64,000 nucleotides of DNA, taken from the NCBI GenBank assembly GCA_965248695.1, contig CBDFKD010000002.1:864001-928000 (forward strand), given 5' to 3'. The notes under the pieces were generated by a model. The model worked only from the letters and a program-made list of their open reading frames with translations. It was not told the DNA's origin and searched no databases. Origin of the DNA: Acidobacteriota bacterium (lineage in GTDB: Bacteria; Acidobacteriota; UBA890; WLXD01). This document shows positions 62,342-64,000 of the stretch, piece after piece (the stretch's first letter is position 1; every line of letters begins with the position of its first letter). Both the position numbers and the translations under genes were made by a program.

Positions 62342-62737
62342 ATGACCGATCGTCCCTCCCCGAGCTCAGCAATCCCGCTCACGCCCGCGGTTTTCCACAT
62401 CATGCTCGCCCTGGCCGACGGCAACCTGCACGGCTATGGCATCAAGCTGGCCGTGCGCGAGCTCAGCGGCGGCCGTATTCAGCTTGGTTCCGGGACCCTC
62501 TACCGGTCGTTGCAGAAGGCCTTCGTTGACGGCCTTGTGGAGCGCATCGAGGACGTCGCCGGTCCGCGCGACGCCGCCGAGCCGCGCGTCGACTACCGGC
62601 TGACGAAGTTCGGCCGCGAGGTCGCCGAGGCCGAGGCCGAGCGTCTGGCGCTGCTGGTCGAGGCAGCCATGAACCGACGCCTGCTCCCCGGCTGGCGCAT
62701 GCACGTTCCCCAGATAAAGTCCAAAAGAGGAGCCTGA
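62342..62737 (+). CDS. PadR family transcriptional regulator
   Basis: PLTPAVFHIMLAL...HGYGI...GTLYRSL...YRLTKFG. Confidence 0.92.
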   Translation: MTDRPSPSSAIPLTPAVFHIMLALADGNLHGYGIKLAVRELSGGRIQLGSGTLYRSLQKAFVDGLVERIEDVAGPRDAAEPRVDYRLTKFGREVAEAEAERLALLVEAAMNRRLLPGWRMHVPQIKSKRGA

Positions 62738-62740
62738 CTT

Positions 62741-63152
62741 ATGACCGCCCGAGTTCCCCCCGTTCCTGAAGACTTCCACTCGATCACCCCGCAACCTCGC
62801 CGAGGACGGCGAATCGGTGGTGCATTGCGAGCTGCTGCTGGGCGACTCGCGCTTCTTCGTGAACGAGGAGTTCCCTGACTATGGGCAGCTGTCGCCACTG
62901 GCGCACGAGGGCACGGCGGTGACCTTCCACATGTACGTCGAGGACGTCGACACCGTCTGGACCCGCGCGATAGAGGCTGGCGGCGAGGTGGTGATGCCGC
63001 TGGACGATCAGTTCTGGGGTGACCGCTACGGCATCCTGCGCGATCCCTTCGGCCATCGATGGTCGCTGGCGAGTCGGCTCGAGGACCTGTCACCGGAGGA
63101 GAGCCAGGAGCGCGCCAAGGAGTTCTTCGCCGAGCCCGCGGCGGGCGACTAG
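62741..63152 (+). pseudogene. PhnB-like VOC protein with internal frameshifting deletion at about 62793
   Basis: The N-terminus MTARVPPVPEDFHSITPQ jumps out of frame to NLAEDGESVVHCEL...DQFWGDRYG..DPFGHRW; the usual 'AIDFY..AFGA' segment is absent. Confidence 0.85.
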
Positions 63153-63314
63153 ACGGCGCGGTCCGCCGGCCGCAACGCGAGGGTCCGCTCCGGCGAACGT
63201 TGCCCAGAACATGCCCCGGCACCGCGTCGACCTGGAGCTTCTCCAAGCCAGTGAGTCGGGGTGGCGGACGCCCGTTTCGCCATGTGCGAGTGCTGCGCTA
63301 GCCGAGCCCGCTGG

Positions 63315-63749
63315 TCAGGCGGGGTCGGGCGTCGCGCCGCGGGGCAACCCGAGAATCAGGCTCCCCGCCAGCCAGCTCAGGAATCCGGTCGGCGCGCCGC
63401 CGATCAACCACATGAACGCCACCGGGTACTGATCGTTCGGGTAGAGAATCCACGGGGCGAAGTTCAGCAGGGAGCCGGTAACGATGCCGCCGAGCAGCAG
63501 TGTGGCGAGTCCGATCATCCAGCTCTGAGCCGAGGAACCGATCCAGGCGCACAGGGCTCCGAGACCGATGGCGAGCGACAAGACGACAGCGGACATCGAG
63601 ACCCTATAGGGGTGCCCGAATGTCGGATCGCCCGGAAAGCGCTCGCCGGTTCCCGGGAACAGGCCGACCCAGGCCAGCATCACCACCGCGATCACTACCC
63701 CGATGTAACCTGCGCCGGCGCGCACCCAGCGGGGATCCAGCTTGCTCAT
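63315..63749 (-). CDS. Hypothetical membrane protein
   Basis: GGAGG RBS before ATG 63749; four hydrophobic helices. Confidence 0.6.
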   Translation of the reverse strand: MSKLDPRWVRAGAGYIGVVIAVVMLAWVGLFPGTGERFPGDPTFGHPYRVSMSAVVLSLAIGLGALCAWIGSSAQSWMIGLATLLLGGIVTGSLLNFAPWILYPNDQYPVAFMWLIGGAPTGFLSWLAGSLILGLPRGATPDPA

Positions 63750-63863
63750 GAGAAACCTCCGTGACAACGTCCGGCGCGTGCGATGGCCGTGGCGTTTTCA
63801 TGCTGATCGAATTCGTCGATTGAAGCAAGAGTACTTTGCAATGCAAAGGAACGCAAGGACCAT

Positions 63864-64000
63864 ATGGAGCTGAGCCGCAGTCGACGCCTGCTCATCGGAC
63901 GTCTGCGTCGCCGCAAGACGCGTGAGCGCGAGCAAATGTTCCTGGCCGAGGGCGTGCGTTGCGCCTCCGAGGTGCTCAGCGCCGGTGCCAAGGTGCGCTT
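63864..64000 (+). CDS. TrmH-family RNA methyltransferase, N-terminal part (runs off the window)
   Basis: AAGGA RBS; MELSRSRRLLIGRLRRRKTREREQMFLAEGVR matches the SpoU N-terminal pattern. Confidence 0.7.
   Translation, partial: MELSRSRRLLIGRLRRRKTREREQMFLAEGVRCASEVLSAGAKVR

Overview
High-GC (roughly 65-70% by eye) bacterial chromosomal segment with no rRNA, tRNA, CRISPR array, integrase or transposase. It is rich in exported hydrolases, TPR proteins, ECF sigma factors and PadR/VOC/SRPBCC-type genes, which resembles an Acidobacteriota/Gemmatimonadota-like metagenome assembly (inference). About 60 genes are recognisable, including modABC, msrA, a PQQ dehydrogenase, a TonB-dependent receptor, a sialidase, three type II TA pairs and a probable nucleotidyltransferase TA pair. 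Main items for follow-up: (1) a 279-bp CTAG-bounded palindromic MITE-like element (36050-36328) with a solo end at 1793-1826; (2) two gamma-glutamyltransferase-fold proteins with Ser instead of the catalytic Thr, flanking an amidohydrolase; (3) mazEF between two diverged copies of the 3' end of its upstream gene; (4) a sigma54-promoter DUF4331-TPR-modABC run; (5) a VIT-vWA/ECF/anti-sigma operon; (6) a TipA-type MerR promoter. Several frameshifts and gene-fusing deletions are present and may be assembly artefacts. All family assignments come from motif recognition by eye; no searches were run.
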